Of a DNA stretch of 64,000 bases, positions 37,101-50,199 are shown one piece after another. Origin of the DNA: Daphnia carinata. Its lineage: Eukaryota. Position numbers and translations under genes: made by a program. The first letter of the stretch is position 1; each line of letters starts with the position of its first letter. The notes under the pieces are model-generated. The model ran no database searches, was not told the DNA's origin, and saw only the letters and a list, made by a program, of their open reading frames with translations. Where the stretch lies: positions 1,116,001 to 1,180,000 of the forward strand of contig NC_081331.1 in assembly GCF_022539665.2 (NCBI RefSeq), given 5' to 3'.

Positions 37101-39799
37101 CTGGCAAAAAAGGGAGGGAAAAAAAAAATATATATATACTGTGAAAGAGGAGAAAGAGAAAATGGACGGGTAAAAAAGAAAGTTGAACGTTGGGCTGGGG
37201 CGGGCCATCCGGGCTGGATATCTGCGCATCATTGTTGCGATAGTACAGCAGAGAAAAGCAAAATGGTGAAGAAGTAAAAAAACACCCAGAAAAAAAAAAA
37301 AAACCTCTAACCGGTTAAACATTACTCAGACGACGGGGAATCATTCTCTCTTTATAGTTTCTCTCCCTTTCTATCCCTCCTTCTTTCTATACTTGTAAAT
37401 TATACGATGCTATTGATTACAATGCTACCCGTTTGTAGGTCAAACGGGAGTTGTAACCAATTTTTCTTCTTCTTCGTATCTATCAAATCAAGTGACCGCA
37501 CAGTTTGTTTGCGCAAAATCAACCATCGTCATGAAGACGAACGAGGTGGCTGTCGTGCGTCTCGATCATTTCACTTCTGTCTTCTTTACATTTCCTTATA
37601 GCCTATTGCCAGCACGATTTACGTAGCTGGCCAGTCATTGGATAGATATGTCCACTGTCGCACACCTGTGTACCGTTTCTTTTTCTTTTGGGTTTTTCTC
37701 TGGGTGGATAGAATAGCGATTGATGCCATCAACATTCCCGCTATAAAAGGAATAAAGCATTTTTGAAACGATCAAAGCGACCACTAGACGCCGGATTATG
37801 GGGGATATGTCGATGGCGGGATTGAATCGAAAAACCACACGAACGACTAGAAGATGATGGATATTTTTAAATGTTAAAACAGCGAGGGGCATATGAAGAT
37901 ATTTCTCAGTTGTCAAACTACGGATTAAAAAAAAAAAGGCAACACCGTTCACTATTAAATAGAAATTTTACGTTCACGCATCAAAAGACTTGTCTATAAC
38001 TCTTGGTCATTTTTGTTTCTTTTCTTTCTTTTTTTTTATGTCTGACCCATACGTTTTTGGGATTGCTGGAGAGAGAGAGAGAAAAGAGGGGGAACAGGTG
38101 AGATGGCCGAATGACCAACTAACCTGGATCAACCGATCCGATGTACTGTACACTATACACAACAGAGCGTGGGCCAGAGTGGGAGCCCGGAGCTAGCTAG
38201 CGCACGCCACCACTGCCACCCCGTGAGCTCCGTGAGCTCTCTCGTAGACGTGTTTAAAAAAAAAAAAAAGAGAAAGAAAAGGAGGGAAAGGAGAAGAAAT
38301 AAATATTAAAGAAAAAAAGGAAGGAAAGAGTCCCAAATTTCGACCACTATACTGCTGGTTATTTTAAAAATATTGAATCAACAAGCACACGACTTGTTCA
38401 GAATCACAACAACTAGCGGGCAAACCATTAACCGTATATCAACCACGAATGCAAGCCATTCAAATTCGATATGGATCATTCACTGTATGGCCGGATATCA
38501 ACTGCTGTTATAGCGAATTTTAAATTTTGTTTTCTATTCAACCCCTGTTTTTGTTTTGTTTTCTTCTTTGCTTCGTGCTCTGCCAAGTTGTTCCTCTGCC
38601 TCGCAGCTCTGTCGTGACGTGGCCCATCAAATGCCAAGTTGAAAAATACAAACGGCTAAACGAAATCACGACAAAATCATTAAAATGGCAGGGGAAAAAC
38701 GAGTATAGGATAAGACAGTATACCGTTATGCTTACTTTTATCATTGTCTACGACCTCACACAATAGACCGGCGTATGTGTACATTCTGTCTCGTAATATT
38801 TAACAAAAAGGGAAACGGCGGATTGAGTTACTTTACAAAGTCATCACCATTTCTCCAGTTACGACAATTGCAAGTTCTTTTGTTGTTTCGAAGATCAGCC
38901 TCGACGTCAAATAAAACAGGACCCATAAAATAGCGGAGAGAGGGAAATTGTTCTTAGAAGTTCGAGGATGAAGAGAAATGAATTTGGATAGCCTCTCTTT
39001 CAATTCGCTATATTTGGAAGTGTGACGCCGCTTAATTTTGGCGAGACAGTTTGAGAATCTTTTGTCGTAAGCGCAAGACATACAAAAGCCTCGCTTCAAT
39101 TTAGATACAAGAATAGGTAATACATAAAAACCCTTGATCATTTCTCCTTAGCAAAATGGCTACGAGATTGAACTTGTTTTTGCACTCCTCGAGCAACAAC
39201 CGGATATCGTAAGCGAACGGATCGATTGCTAAATCGATAACCATTTTGTAATGGGAACAAGCCCACATTACGCTGGCCCGTATAAGCTTTAATCTGCATT
39301 GCATTACGTGGGAAATTAAAAAAAAAATAAGAACTATCTTGACACGCCGATTTTGTTGCTGGAGAGAGTTACAAGAACGGTACGCGGATATGCGAAAACA
39401 ACTGGCATCCAGTTCACACACACAAACGCAGGCCAGTAAAGCGGAAAAGCAACAATTGCAACTTAAATAAAATAAAATAAAAAATCCGATGTTGTCGCAA
39501 TTGAAACAACCGTTCCGAATACGTGGCCTTATTTCTTGCCCGGCGTTTCAACGGTGAAAGTGACCACGCAAATAAGAAATGAGGTAACATAAAATCCATC
39601 ACATTTTTTTTTTTCGTTCTAAGAATTGGCTATTGATATAGGAAAGATGCAAACACCTGAGGCCGTGTCACAAAACAGACAGTCTACGAAAAAAAAAGGT
39701 AGAGGGAGAGAAAGCAAAAAAAAAAAAAAAAATGGACTTACCGACAAGAATGGACGCGAATACTAAGTAGCAGCAGATGATGGCTTTACCGATCGCCAT
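25173..39799 (-). CDS. Cda5: Chitin deacetylase-like 5 (group IV CDA): signal peptide, peritrophin-A chitin-binding domain, long S/T/P/Q-rich linker, CE4 polysaccharide deacetylase domain
   Basis: Exon 39799-39742 encodes signal peptide MAIGKAIICCYLVFASILVG. Exons 32656-32530, 32383-32321 and one starting at 31249 give FECPEEFGYYPAPNDCTRYYVCVFGGALLESCTGGLVYSHELQTCDWPRNVGC. Many linker exons follow between about 31035 and 27799, including the Q-rich 29615-28935 and a run of about 15 Thr near 28100-28145. Catalytic exons carry CRLPDCNC, TFDD, HEIASHTISH, GLRAPFL, WPYTLD, WEVPM and YYHAAWF; stop TGA at 25173. Splice phases chain consistently. Confidence 0.93.
26683..26908 (-). CDS. Cda5: CDA5 alternative catalytic exon B (226 nt)
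   Basis: tttttccag|GC...ATCTC|GTAAGT; encodes GLRVNAVPQLVLLTFDDSVNDLNKQLYIDLFEKGRLNP...HEIASHTIS. Confidence 0.9.
27250..27475 (-). CDS. Cda5: CDA5 alternative catalytic exon A (226 nt)
   Basis: tctatcaaag|GC...ATCTC|GTAAGT; encodes GLRPIDTPQLVLLTFDDAVNDLNKELYSDLFETGRLNP...HEIASHTIS. Confidence 0.9.
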
Positions 39800-40070
39800 G
39801 ATGTATCAAAACCAAAGAGGACAAATCCCAAAAATAGGTAAATTTAAAAAAAAAAGGTGGGGAGGAATTTGATTGCTCTTGTTTGAATCGAGCTATCAGG
39901 CGGTGTTGAACTTCACTTGGAATTCGGGCTGTTTTTTCCCAAACCCGAACCGGGGAAAAAAAAAACAAACAAAATTCTAAAAAGGAGTCGGAACGATGTG
40001 TTTGGTGGGTGCTGTGCGTATAGCGGAGCGCTGTTGTTCCCGCTGGCGCGCGTGAGAGTAGTTATCCAGC

Positions 40071-40076
40071 GACTGA
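40071..40076 (-). promoter_or_regulatory. Candidate arthropod initiator (TCAGTC) for CDA5
   Basis: TCAGTC on the minus strand about 275 nt upstream of the CDA5 ATG, in a locally GC-richer patch. Short motif, so weak evidence. Confidence 0.4.
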
Positions 40077-43000
40077 CGGGGAACCCACAGAGACCGGCAG
40101 GTGATATGGGCCTCTGGACACTCTTGGGAAAGAGGCGGGGAGAGAGAAACAAAAAAAGAAAAAAAAAAACAGGGAAAGAGAAGGGCAAATGCATAGAGCA
40201 AGACAAAAATCTAAATCGCCTTTTGCGCAAGTTTTGAATGGGTGGGTGGAGACAAGCTGCTGCAAAGAACGGCACGGAAATGCTTGCCTAGTGTTTCTAG
40301 TGCAGTCGCCTCCCGATCTGTTCGTCCTCTGTCCAAAGAGATCGGTTCACTTGTTTTCCTCCTTGGAGGTCAGCTCCGGTTTTTGTTTTTTCATCTTCGT
40401 CGTTGGCTAGAAGGTTAGGATGGTGACGCTTGGCAATCGACGAATTAGGAGAAACACATCGGTCCACGTTTTTGAATTATCGCAAGACCTTGTGATTAAG
40501 AAAAGCGTGAGGTAGCAAAAGAGAAAGAAGGAAAAGGAGCGTCGACAAAATGTGCCTCGGTAGAGACAAGGGTGGGGCCCAACGATCATTGTTGCAGCTT
40601 CAATGAGAAATGGGCAGGGCTGCGGGGTTTTCAACAGAAGAGACGAGGACTCGGGCGCATTTTTTTTTTTTTTTTCGCCAGTTACCAACAACGATCTCCA
40701 TTTAGAATGGTAGAAACACGGTGTTCTAGTCGATGAAGAATAAACATCAGTCACAAGGAAAGAGATGAATAGAAACAAGTTCACCTTGAATAGTTCACCA
40801 TGTCGTATGCAGTTCGTGTAATAGTAATATGAATCCATGCTTGGCGACGATGGATCATTCCTTTTTCCTTTCTTTAAAAAGCAATGAGGAAGTGTGTGGT
40901 AACACTCTTCGTCCTTCAGCTACCTTGCCGCTACATGAAATTGAATATTTGAGTGTCTATTTTTTGCTGGGGTTTTTTCTTTTTGCCCTTCTCTTTTTTT
41001 TTTTTTTTGGCTCTTCGTTAGCGTCTTCTTCTTTTTTATTAAGCCGATTGATGCTGGAATTTTTTTTTTATTATTTTCGGCTCGAGAAATTTAATGTCAT
41101 GAATTCCACAGCAAGTTGAACACGCGTACGCTTGTAGCCTAATTCGCGGCGTTTTATATTAATAACCAATTTTCGGAGGCAAGTAGACTACGTCACATTT
41201 ATTTAGCTCAATGTCGTGTGTGTTAAAAGCAAGTGTCCCAAAAGTGCCGAATTTAGCGAGACGCTGCTCCACTTTCCATTTACATCGAAAAGTGGTTGAA
41301 TTTCTTCGTTTTTCGGTCCTCCCGTCTTAAAAAAAAAACGGGCGTCTTCAAATTGCTGTTGTTATAAGAATGTTGAAAAAGACGTCCGCGGATGTGTACA
41401 TACCGGTCAAACAAGAATAAAAACGCACGGCCGAAAACTAGACCAACGCGGCAGGATTCGAACGTGAAACATCACCTGAATTAGCGATTTGACTGCCGGT
41501 TGTTGCTTCGCTTTTCATTGATCAAAAGTGGTTAAACCTTCTTCTTTTTTTTTTTATATATGGAAGATGCTTCGTTTCTATCAGGTTAGCTTCGTTCACA
41601 ATCACTGGTTTTCTCTCCATTCAACTAGATACGTTGTTGTTTCATCCTGTTCCGACGATCGAGGCACGAGATAACAAATTAAAAAGAATAAGAAAAACCC
41701 AGTAAAATTATACTCACACGGATTATAGTGAAAGAAAAAAAAGAAATGGGAGAGAAGAAAGAGAAATGGTGTCGACACGGGATCATCATCATCACGGACG
41801 AATTCGGTTCTTTCAATAAAAAGGAAGAAAGAAACATTTTTCGTTTTTCTTGCTCGCCGCTATTTCATCCGATTAACGTACAGAGACATTGCTCGCTAAC
41901 AAGGACACGTTACCCTACAGAGCAATGTGGTCCACACAAGTTATGGGTCACCTCTATTCTTCCTTTTTTTTTTTTTTTTTTGCTTTTACCTATTTACTGT
42001 GTACCTATACCGACGCGTGTGTGCCTTGCAGCTGTTTCACGCATGGATTAGAACGTCTAGTGGATTGTTTCCGGTTCCTGCTACGCCAAGTCCAATCAAG
42101 GATTTCTCGATTTCGATAACAGATACAACAATTGATGTCTACTATTTTAATTTGCCATTATGCAATCAGTTCGCGTTGATCACCTGTTTTTTTTTATTAT
42201 TATTATTCTGGAGAAAAAAAGAGAAAGTCTTGACGTGTCACACAACAGCACTGCGGACTGTGATGATAAAAGAAACGACTAGCAACGTATACTAATCTGA
42301 ACTAGACTTCAGTCCATTTCCTTCGACACTTTGAAAATATTCAACCTCAATTGATTGGCACGAGATTGCCTCGAATTACTGGGAAAAGTGAATGTTCTTG
42401 TAGGGATCAAGGAAAAATCATTGCGATTGCTTAACCCCTCCCCGCCTTCATTTCCAGTTTACTCCAAGTACAGCACGAAATATATGCACAATAAATTATA
42501 TTCCAAAAAAAAAAAAAAAAAACAAGCAAAATGTTGTTCTAGTGCTGGTTTTTCTAGATCTTTTTTTTTTTCCCTGAACAGCTGTCTGGCTAACTCGATG
42601 GCAACACGAAATTTCTGCAAACACTCACGTACGTCTTTTTCCATTGCACTGTAATTAAACGCTAAATGCTCCGGTCCGCTTTCCATTAAAAAAAAAAAAC
42701 AAGTGGATCGATCCGTCTGTTTCATTGTTTAAGATTCCCTCCTCCCGCAAGCAAATGGAGCGTGAAACAATTGTTGAAGCAAAAGAAGGTCACCTCCAAC
42801 CACGATCATTCGCTTCCGTTTTCTATTATAACTAAACGAAATCACCTAGTTTTATTTTATTGTTTTAATTTTTTTTTTAGGTCTTTCAACATTAATTGTC
42901 TGCATCAAAAGCGTTTTAAGATGCCGCGTTCCGTCTCATTATTCAATTCCGCTCGGCAGCATCGCGCTCTTTCGCCCGTAATTGCAATCAAGCGAATCAA

Positions 43001-46000
43001 GAAAAACTTTCTCGTTTGACATCGACCTCACAGCTGAAGTGAACGGTAGTGAGAGGGCAAACACGATAAAGGCATGAAATGAATGACAAATGATGATGGT
43101 CACCCATTACGTAATAGCTTCAACAGGTGATGCCCTATGGCTGTTGATATTTTTGCGTGTTTCGAATGTTAAGAATCAGCCGAGCCCATCAGGATATTAG
43201 CGACAGGTGAAAGGCGAAAAAACAAAAGGGGAAAAAAAGAAGGGGGACAGAATAAAAATTAATGTTTCGTTAGCTGTTAAAGGTGTTGTGATTTGTGGCA
43301 TCCAAACGGCGTGCGAAACCAACAGGTTTGACTTTCCCACTTGTTGCTATCCAATCGATGAACTCTATTTTGCATATCAAAGACACGTCAGAATTGGTCG
43401 GGAAAGTTGATTCCTTCCAAATAGAATGAAAATGAATCCGACAGCTGTCCTTATTAAAAATCGAATTAAATGACAAGAGAAGGTGCCGTTTACGTCAAAC
43501 GAACAGGGTAAAACAATAACCCATCGGATAGAAAGAGGGCTTTTCGTTGATTATTGCCCTATCTCTTTATTCCCCAGATCGCAAACGAAAGGTTTTTTTT
43601 TTGGCCGTAAAAAGCCTCCAAAGTTGCTTTAATTCAGATAGGAGCTGAATGATGTGCCCAGCAGCAGAAAGCCAGGTCAAGGTGATGTGAGGTCGTTCTA
43701 AACAAGAAGGAAAGAAGAAGAAGGTGCGACTATAGAGCGACCCAATTTCTTGATAGATCTTCTTGATGTCATTTGACAAGCGAGTGAAAGAGGAAAGAGA
43801 GAGGAAAGAGACAATGAGAAAGAGAGAGGGGAATCCTTGGGAAAGAAAAAAGACAAGATAAATACCCTCATTGTATATGTGCACAGTAAGAATGTGCTCT
43901 GCGTAAATACAACCGGAGCTTCTTATTCACGTACGCCGCCGCAGCCGATCATCACGTCGGAATCGTGGGGAGACGCACAGCAGCGCACCTTTCTCTTTTT
44001 TCTTCCTATACAATGCGGTGACTCTCTTCTATCCAGAATTTTTTAACATTCTCTTGCCGGCCGTGAACAGGAGGACACTCTCGGTTCGTTACTTCAGCTT
44101 GCGGGGGAGGAGGAATGTTTTATTTCTGAGCCATTTCTCAGCTCTTCTATTTCTATTTCGATCCTCTGATGAATCTACTTACCCGCAGACATCACCACCT
44201 CCACCACGATTGCAAGGTTTGAACCTGTCAAGAATATCGTGGTATAGAAAGGTTACGACCCATCGAATCGGGGTGTAAAGGGGAATAAAAGAAATTCAAG
44301 ACCTTTTTTTTTTTTTTTTTTTTGTTATGTTCTATTCAACGACTATTGAAACAACATAGAGGTGGGGAAAGAGAGGGGCAATCAAATGGGCGACCGAGTT
44401 CGTGCCCTTCACTTCACTTTCTCTGCCGTTTGTAATGACGATCGAACGCGGTGTCTGCGGTGTCAAAAAAGGAAAACAAGAATTGGGGATATTTCTTGGC
44501 GCCCCTTTTGCTTATGGCTGCTCTTAAATTCTCACTTGCAACCGCTCCCAACTTGTTCCACACAGTGGCAAGCCAAAAGCTCCTTGCATTGTACATACAA
44601 TGAGCGTTCCGTTATAGTCATTAGTCATTTCAAAAGCAAACTAGAATTTGTGTATAATTTCGTTTGTTGTCGCACCGTGGCGAATGAAAACAGTAAAGAC
44701 AAAATCAGCATTCGAAATGGCAACTGGTGACTTTGACTGCTATCATTTACGGTCAGACTCTAGTGGACTGGATCGTGTGCAATTTTCGTTTTCTAAATGG
44801 ATTTATGGATACGCGTGCATTTCGACCTCCATTTTAAAGCGACGATATATAGTCCACTCTTTATAAAGAGTTGGACAATGAGTAAAGTTTTATAAAGAGT
44901 GGTTTACGTAAGAGAAGAAAAGAGGCTCGTTTGTCACCCTAAACAAGCAGCTAGTAATCATTTAAAACTAAAGAAAACCCCCGTGATATGTGTAGTGTTT
45001 CACCGGCGTCCTCCGGCGAGTCGCTTTATTTCGTTTGTTTTTGTTTGTTTCCAATTTTTTTTTTTTGTATTGTTTCTCCCCGCTAATTGATCGACTTTAT
45101 ATTCGATATGGTCTTTCCTAAAAACAAGATGATGAAACGTAGACCATCATCCTAGTGGAAATATTCTTTTGTATATTGAAAAGTAGCCCACGCTCGAATG
45201 TTTTGGATTTAACAACCTAACCACACAACGAGCTATTCTTATCTTATGTTGGTCGCGCTGTCAGAAAAAATTGCACAGACCATAGAGAAAAAAAAATTTA
45301 AAGGAAAAAAAAAAACAATAAGGAGAAGGAAGACAAAAGACTAAACATGCATATAGTTGATTTTCTCATTTTTCATAGCCCTTTTTGTCGTATGATGTTT
45401 GCCAAGTTCAAATAGAAGGTAGTCACGCTATCGCATAACCCTATATAGCCAGCCATTTTCAGTATATTTCACCCACGAACCAAAAAAAAAACATTAAGAA
45501 GGTGGGAATAACAAAGAAAAAAAAAAAAAATGTATCTTATTATATAATGCTGGCGTGCATACTACCTATACATCTAAAATGCACGATGCATTTATAGGCA
45601 GATTGCAATTGCTCCACGTATAATAGCACAAGCGAGAAACAAAAAGAAATAGGCCGTGTGTGTGTTGTTACCGTATAATTCCAAAGCAAAAGAAATTCGA
45701 ATTCCTTTTCAAATTCAACAGCATCATGACGTCAGTCGCGTAGGCGAGGTATAACTTCAGACAATTGGCGAACTTAAGTGTACACACAAGAACATCAAAG
45801 GGTTATTACACATGCTTTCTGGCTGTGAGAACAAAACGAAGAAGAACTTTTTTTTTCTTTTTTCGTATATTACAGAGAGTTAGAGCTCATCAAGCGTCAT
45901 CATGATCGCCCCCCCCCCTCCCGCAGCACACAGTCACGAGTGAAAGTTTGCCTTTTTTTTTTTTTTTACCATGAAATTATCAAATGAAATGTACCATATC

Positions 46001-49000
46001 GTATGGGAATAAAAGCAGAGACATCGTATGTGAGATCAAACCATATATTCTTGTACAAAAGGTCAAAGTTTTTGCGCTAGAGAAAAAGGAGACACTGTTT
46101 GATATCGGGAATGTACAGGCGGTTGTAAATTTATGTATTACGCAACCCATTCTACTATACAGAATATCCTCCGAGTGAATCACGAACGAAACGCATGGCA
46201 AACAGCGAGAAATGCAGGGTCTACATTATAATAATATCTAAGTACACGAGGATAACGAACAAAAAATAATCTCAGACACATTTTTCTTTGATTTGTCCCC
46301 CAATGCGAGTTCGTATCTAAAGCGAGAACGTGCGGTCTGATCTGTGGCATCCTTTCTTTACAGATTGGCGAAAACAAGCGCCCTATAATGCGGAGACAAA
46401 AAGAAAGAGAAATAATTCACACGCCCTTGTTACTCCAAACGCATGAATACGCTCAATAAGGGCAGATGGCAAGAAAAGATACACAGACTCTCCCCTTTAG
46501 CCACATGGTGTTATTTTGTTTGTAGATATCATGCAAATGAGCTTCAACATTTTACATATTTTTCGCTATTACATTTGGTGTAGTGTAGAATTCTCCCGCG
46601 TGAACGCCTATGTATGATGTAACGAATCGATCACGTTCAAGTACAACGTTACGTCCAAAGATAAGAAAAAAAGGAACAAACCTGCAGCTGATTTTTTTGT
46701 ATGTATACTTTCGCTTATTCGTTGTTGGCGCCATTGATTCGAGTGGGATAAAAAAAATGTTCGAGGACAAACGAATGGAAATGAGACGAGAAAAAAAACG
46801 AACGAATATTGATGTGTTCTTTATACGTTGAAATGGAATGTTAAAATGAGCGACAATTGTCTCCGTACGTTTCGAGGCCAAGCGATGTAACGGGGTTTTA
46901 AGAAAACTATGTACCAACAACCAACAATCAACTTGAAAAACAAAAAGCCAAACGCAAGTGAAATGCAAATCGCATATTCTAAAATTATGGAAAGCACTTG
47001 GGGAAGGGCATTGCTATTCCAGGTTGTTCATAAACGGCGTATCATTGTGCATTATTCGTGATGTGCAGCGATCCGTTACAAACGGCCCAGTTCCACATAA
47101 GTATAGGTAGTATATTATGTGCACAGAACAGTAATAAATATTTGTCGCTGAAGAATAACGCTGGTACAATTCACGAACAGGACCAGGTGTCGATGAAGGC
47201 CAACCGTTCACCTCTCTTAGCTGTGTTTATCTTACCAAGAATTTCTTGGCTTGTACAGATCCTGCTTTTCTTCTTGTTTACAATGTAGCCTTACGACAAT
47301 CGTATTTTTGCATCCTCATCATTGTAAAGGTGTTTTCATAGTGGGCTATTGTGCTGATAGAGGCACAGTGTGCGAGTTGGCCAAGTATACAATATAGAAC
47401 TTGGCTTCATCTTTCACGCAGAATCGGACGGCATTGAACGGAACGATCTGTCATGACAATGGGGTTACATACCGCCCGTAGGAAAACGTAAGGCCGCTTC
47501 AACAGAGTGTGAAGTTGTGTGGTTTTCCTATAGGTACAGAATGCCTACGTTGGTATCAGCACGTATACAGTCATCGGCTTTCATCAGAGCGCTAATTAGT
47601 ACCGTTAGTTGATTTTTTTCTCGGCCTTTAATACATTATACTTCTCGTTACATTATACGTAGGCCGTTTTTTTTGCCGGCCTGTGAACAGTTGGATGCTG
47701 AATAAACAATGGCCCACTTTGAATATACCTGTAATGGCAAGTGAAATGTTAAAAATAAACGATTATAGGCAATCTATTTTTAGAGGTATGCTCCTCATCT
47801 TCTAGTATCCTTCGCCTTTGTCTACTGTGTGAGACTATATAACAAATGATAACAAAAGAATTGGAAGGCGAATAGAAAAAAAAAATGATCGTCTGACGGC
47901 CATATAAGGAAAACGGGTATACATTGGTGCCGGTGGAACTAGAGCGATTTCTGGAACGTCCCCAGTAAAAAAAAAAAATGAGATGATGAGCATTACGTGT
48001 GTACTGCATCTATTAGCACATGTGTAGTAGCTGGCTGTGGTAGTAGAGTAATAGCCCCCATTACAACACATTGCCATATATGTTGCATTTCATTTTCAAT
48101 TGTTCCTTTTCATTATAAGAGGTTGCTGTTGATGAGAGCTGGTTATTACCCAATAAATCAACTAATAATAATAAATTAAATTCGCTAATGATGTATAAGG
48201 GGGAATGGGGCTTCGTGATGCTCTAGCTCGATGGTCTTTTTGGCGAACATTTTTGAGTTTCACCCAGTTACTCGCTGACACGAATCGACCGTTTTGGTTA
48301 TATGGGCCTGTATACGTGACGCCATTGCGTTTGCGTCATTACACGTTTCTTTCTTTCTTTTTCGTTGTTATCATCTTTCCTCCTTCTTTCAACGGCATCT
48401 TTCACGATTTAAATATATTAGACGCCCTGGCTGTGGCAGCAACCCGGCTAATCGGGTTAACGCATGCAGCGTGTTCGTACATCACCTGTGGCCGCCCACT
48501 CGTGCCCTCTGATTTACACATAGCCTCCCCTGCAGCTCTCTCTTTCTCAACATCATTTCTCATCTTCAAATGATGCGCTTTTAAATCTTTTTTCCCTCCT
48601 CTTTTATTCATTCGCCTGTTTTTTTTCTTTCTGGCATAAAAGCATCAACTCAGGACATTATGCGCATTTAGGCTCGTCTCAGTACCTCAGAGATTGGGCC
48701 TCTTTTTTTCTGGAGAAACGTAGAAAATTAGTTTGCAATAAAAAATTACAGTGCTCCATTGTCAAAGGTATTAACTGGTTTAAGATTTCGAGGGCTTTAA
48801 TAACGTTTTCAATCGTGAAGGAATAAAGACGCCGTCATTGTTTTCGGTTTGATGGTTTACTCGGGTTAAGGTAAAAAACGTACATGTAAAAATCCAATAG
48901 ACACGGTCTATTGAAAAATAACGGAGAAGCGAGAAGAAAGGAAAGAGACAGAGAACAACGAGACACAAAATAAAAAGAGTCAAATACTAAAACCTGGGCG

Positions 49001-50199
49001 TTGCAAATGCGACCTCTCACGAAGTCGGTCCATGAATTATGCAAATGGCAGCTCGTTATGTATGTACTATCGTGATATTGACTCCGGTCGACCTTCGATC
49101 TCTTTGCGGCTTATGACATCACTATCGATTTTCTATATAAACCAGTTTTACTTCATTTAAATAACCGTTTTGAGAAAAAAAGAGAAAAATGCAGGTATTT
49201 AGTGAGGCACATACAAGCAGTGCATACAGTATAGGTTTAACGAGGAATGGATCATAAAATAAAAATCGGCCACGTTTTAAAAATACCGTAACGTTTTCTT
49301 ATCTTGGAGCACAAGCGGGGGAATCTTTTTGATGTTTTTAAAAACCTCTTTTGTAAAAGAAATCGGATGGTGAGGGCCATTTGAAATGGGTCATCGCGGC
49401 CAATGAGCTATGGAACACGGGGAATTATACGAGACTGGACGCGAACGAAAAAGCTCCTGGCCACATAGCAATACGTAAACTGTAACAAAAGAAACTGGAC
49501 CTCACCTGCTGAGTGATCGACTCAACTCGATAAATTTTCGCGTTCGCTGACCTACTCTCTCTTAAGGACAAAGTCGGGCTCTTTCTCGTATAAACGAAAC
49601 GATTTATTTCTAACGTTTTTCCTTATGTATACTTAACAGTTTTAGCTGAAAAATTTAAACGGATATTTTCAATGGAGCATTGAAAGTACTTTTTAGTTTG
49701 AATTCTATTTGAATTACGCGCCAGGCATTCTTTTTTCAAACGCTCAGCGCTCTTCAACTGTGTAATGTATCGATTTACATGGTGGCAGTTTCGATGAAAT
49801 AAATAAAACAGATAAAAACTTTATTTTTTGTGTGTTTGTTTGTGCTTGTGCGATGGCAACGTTCAAACGTTGCATGTGATAAGGAAAAAGAAAAAATACG
49901 GGCAATAGATAAAATAAGTGCAGACATTACATTCGTTGTTTACAGGACCAAAGTGTTCTTTGACAGAAACAAAACCTCAAACTGTTGCATACTCTAATTC
50001 CTCCGAAGCAAGCAGGCAAAACAGTGTTTTTCATTCTACACATTAGTCTTTGTTATTATTTGTTTTTTTTTTTGCTGTCTTGTTTTTTTTTTCTTCGTGT
50101 TCTTCTGGACATTTGGTTGTTAGCGATTATAAAGAGTTCAAGCAAAACGGAGGGTAAAAAAAAAACTTGTGCAAACTGTTTCCTTATCGACGTAAACAA

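Noticed and set aside
33000..50000. Many 60-140 aa ORFs in the CDA5 first intron and the CDA5-MANBA intergenic region
   Set aside because: F/K-rich translations of poly-T and poly-A tracts; no domain signal or consistent exon chain, apart from the CDA5 signal-peptide exon.
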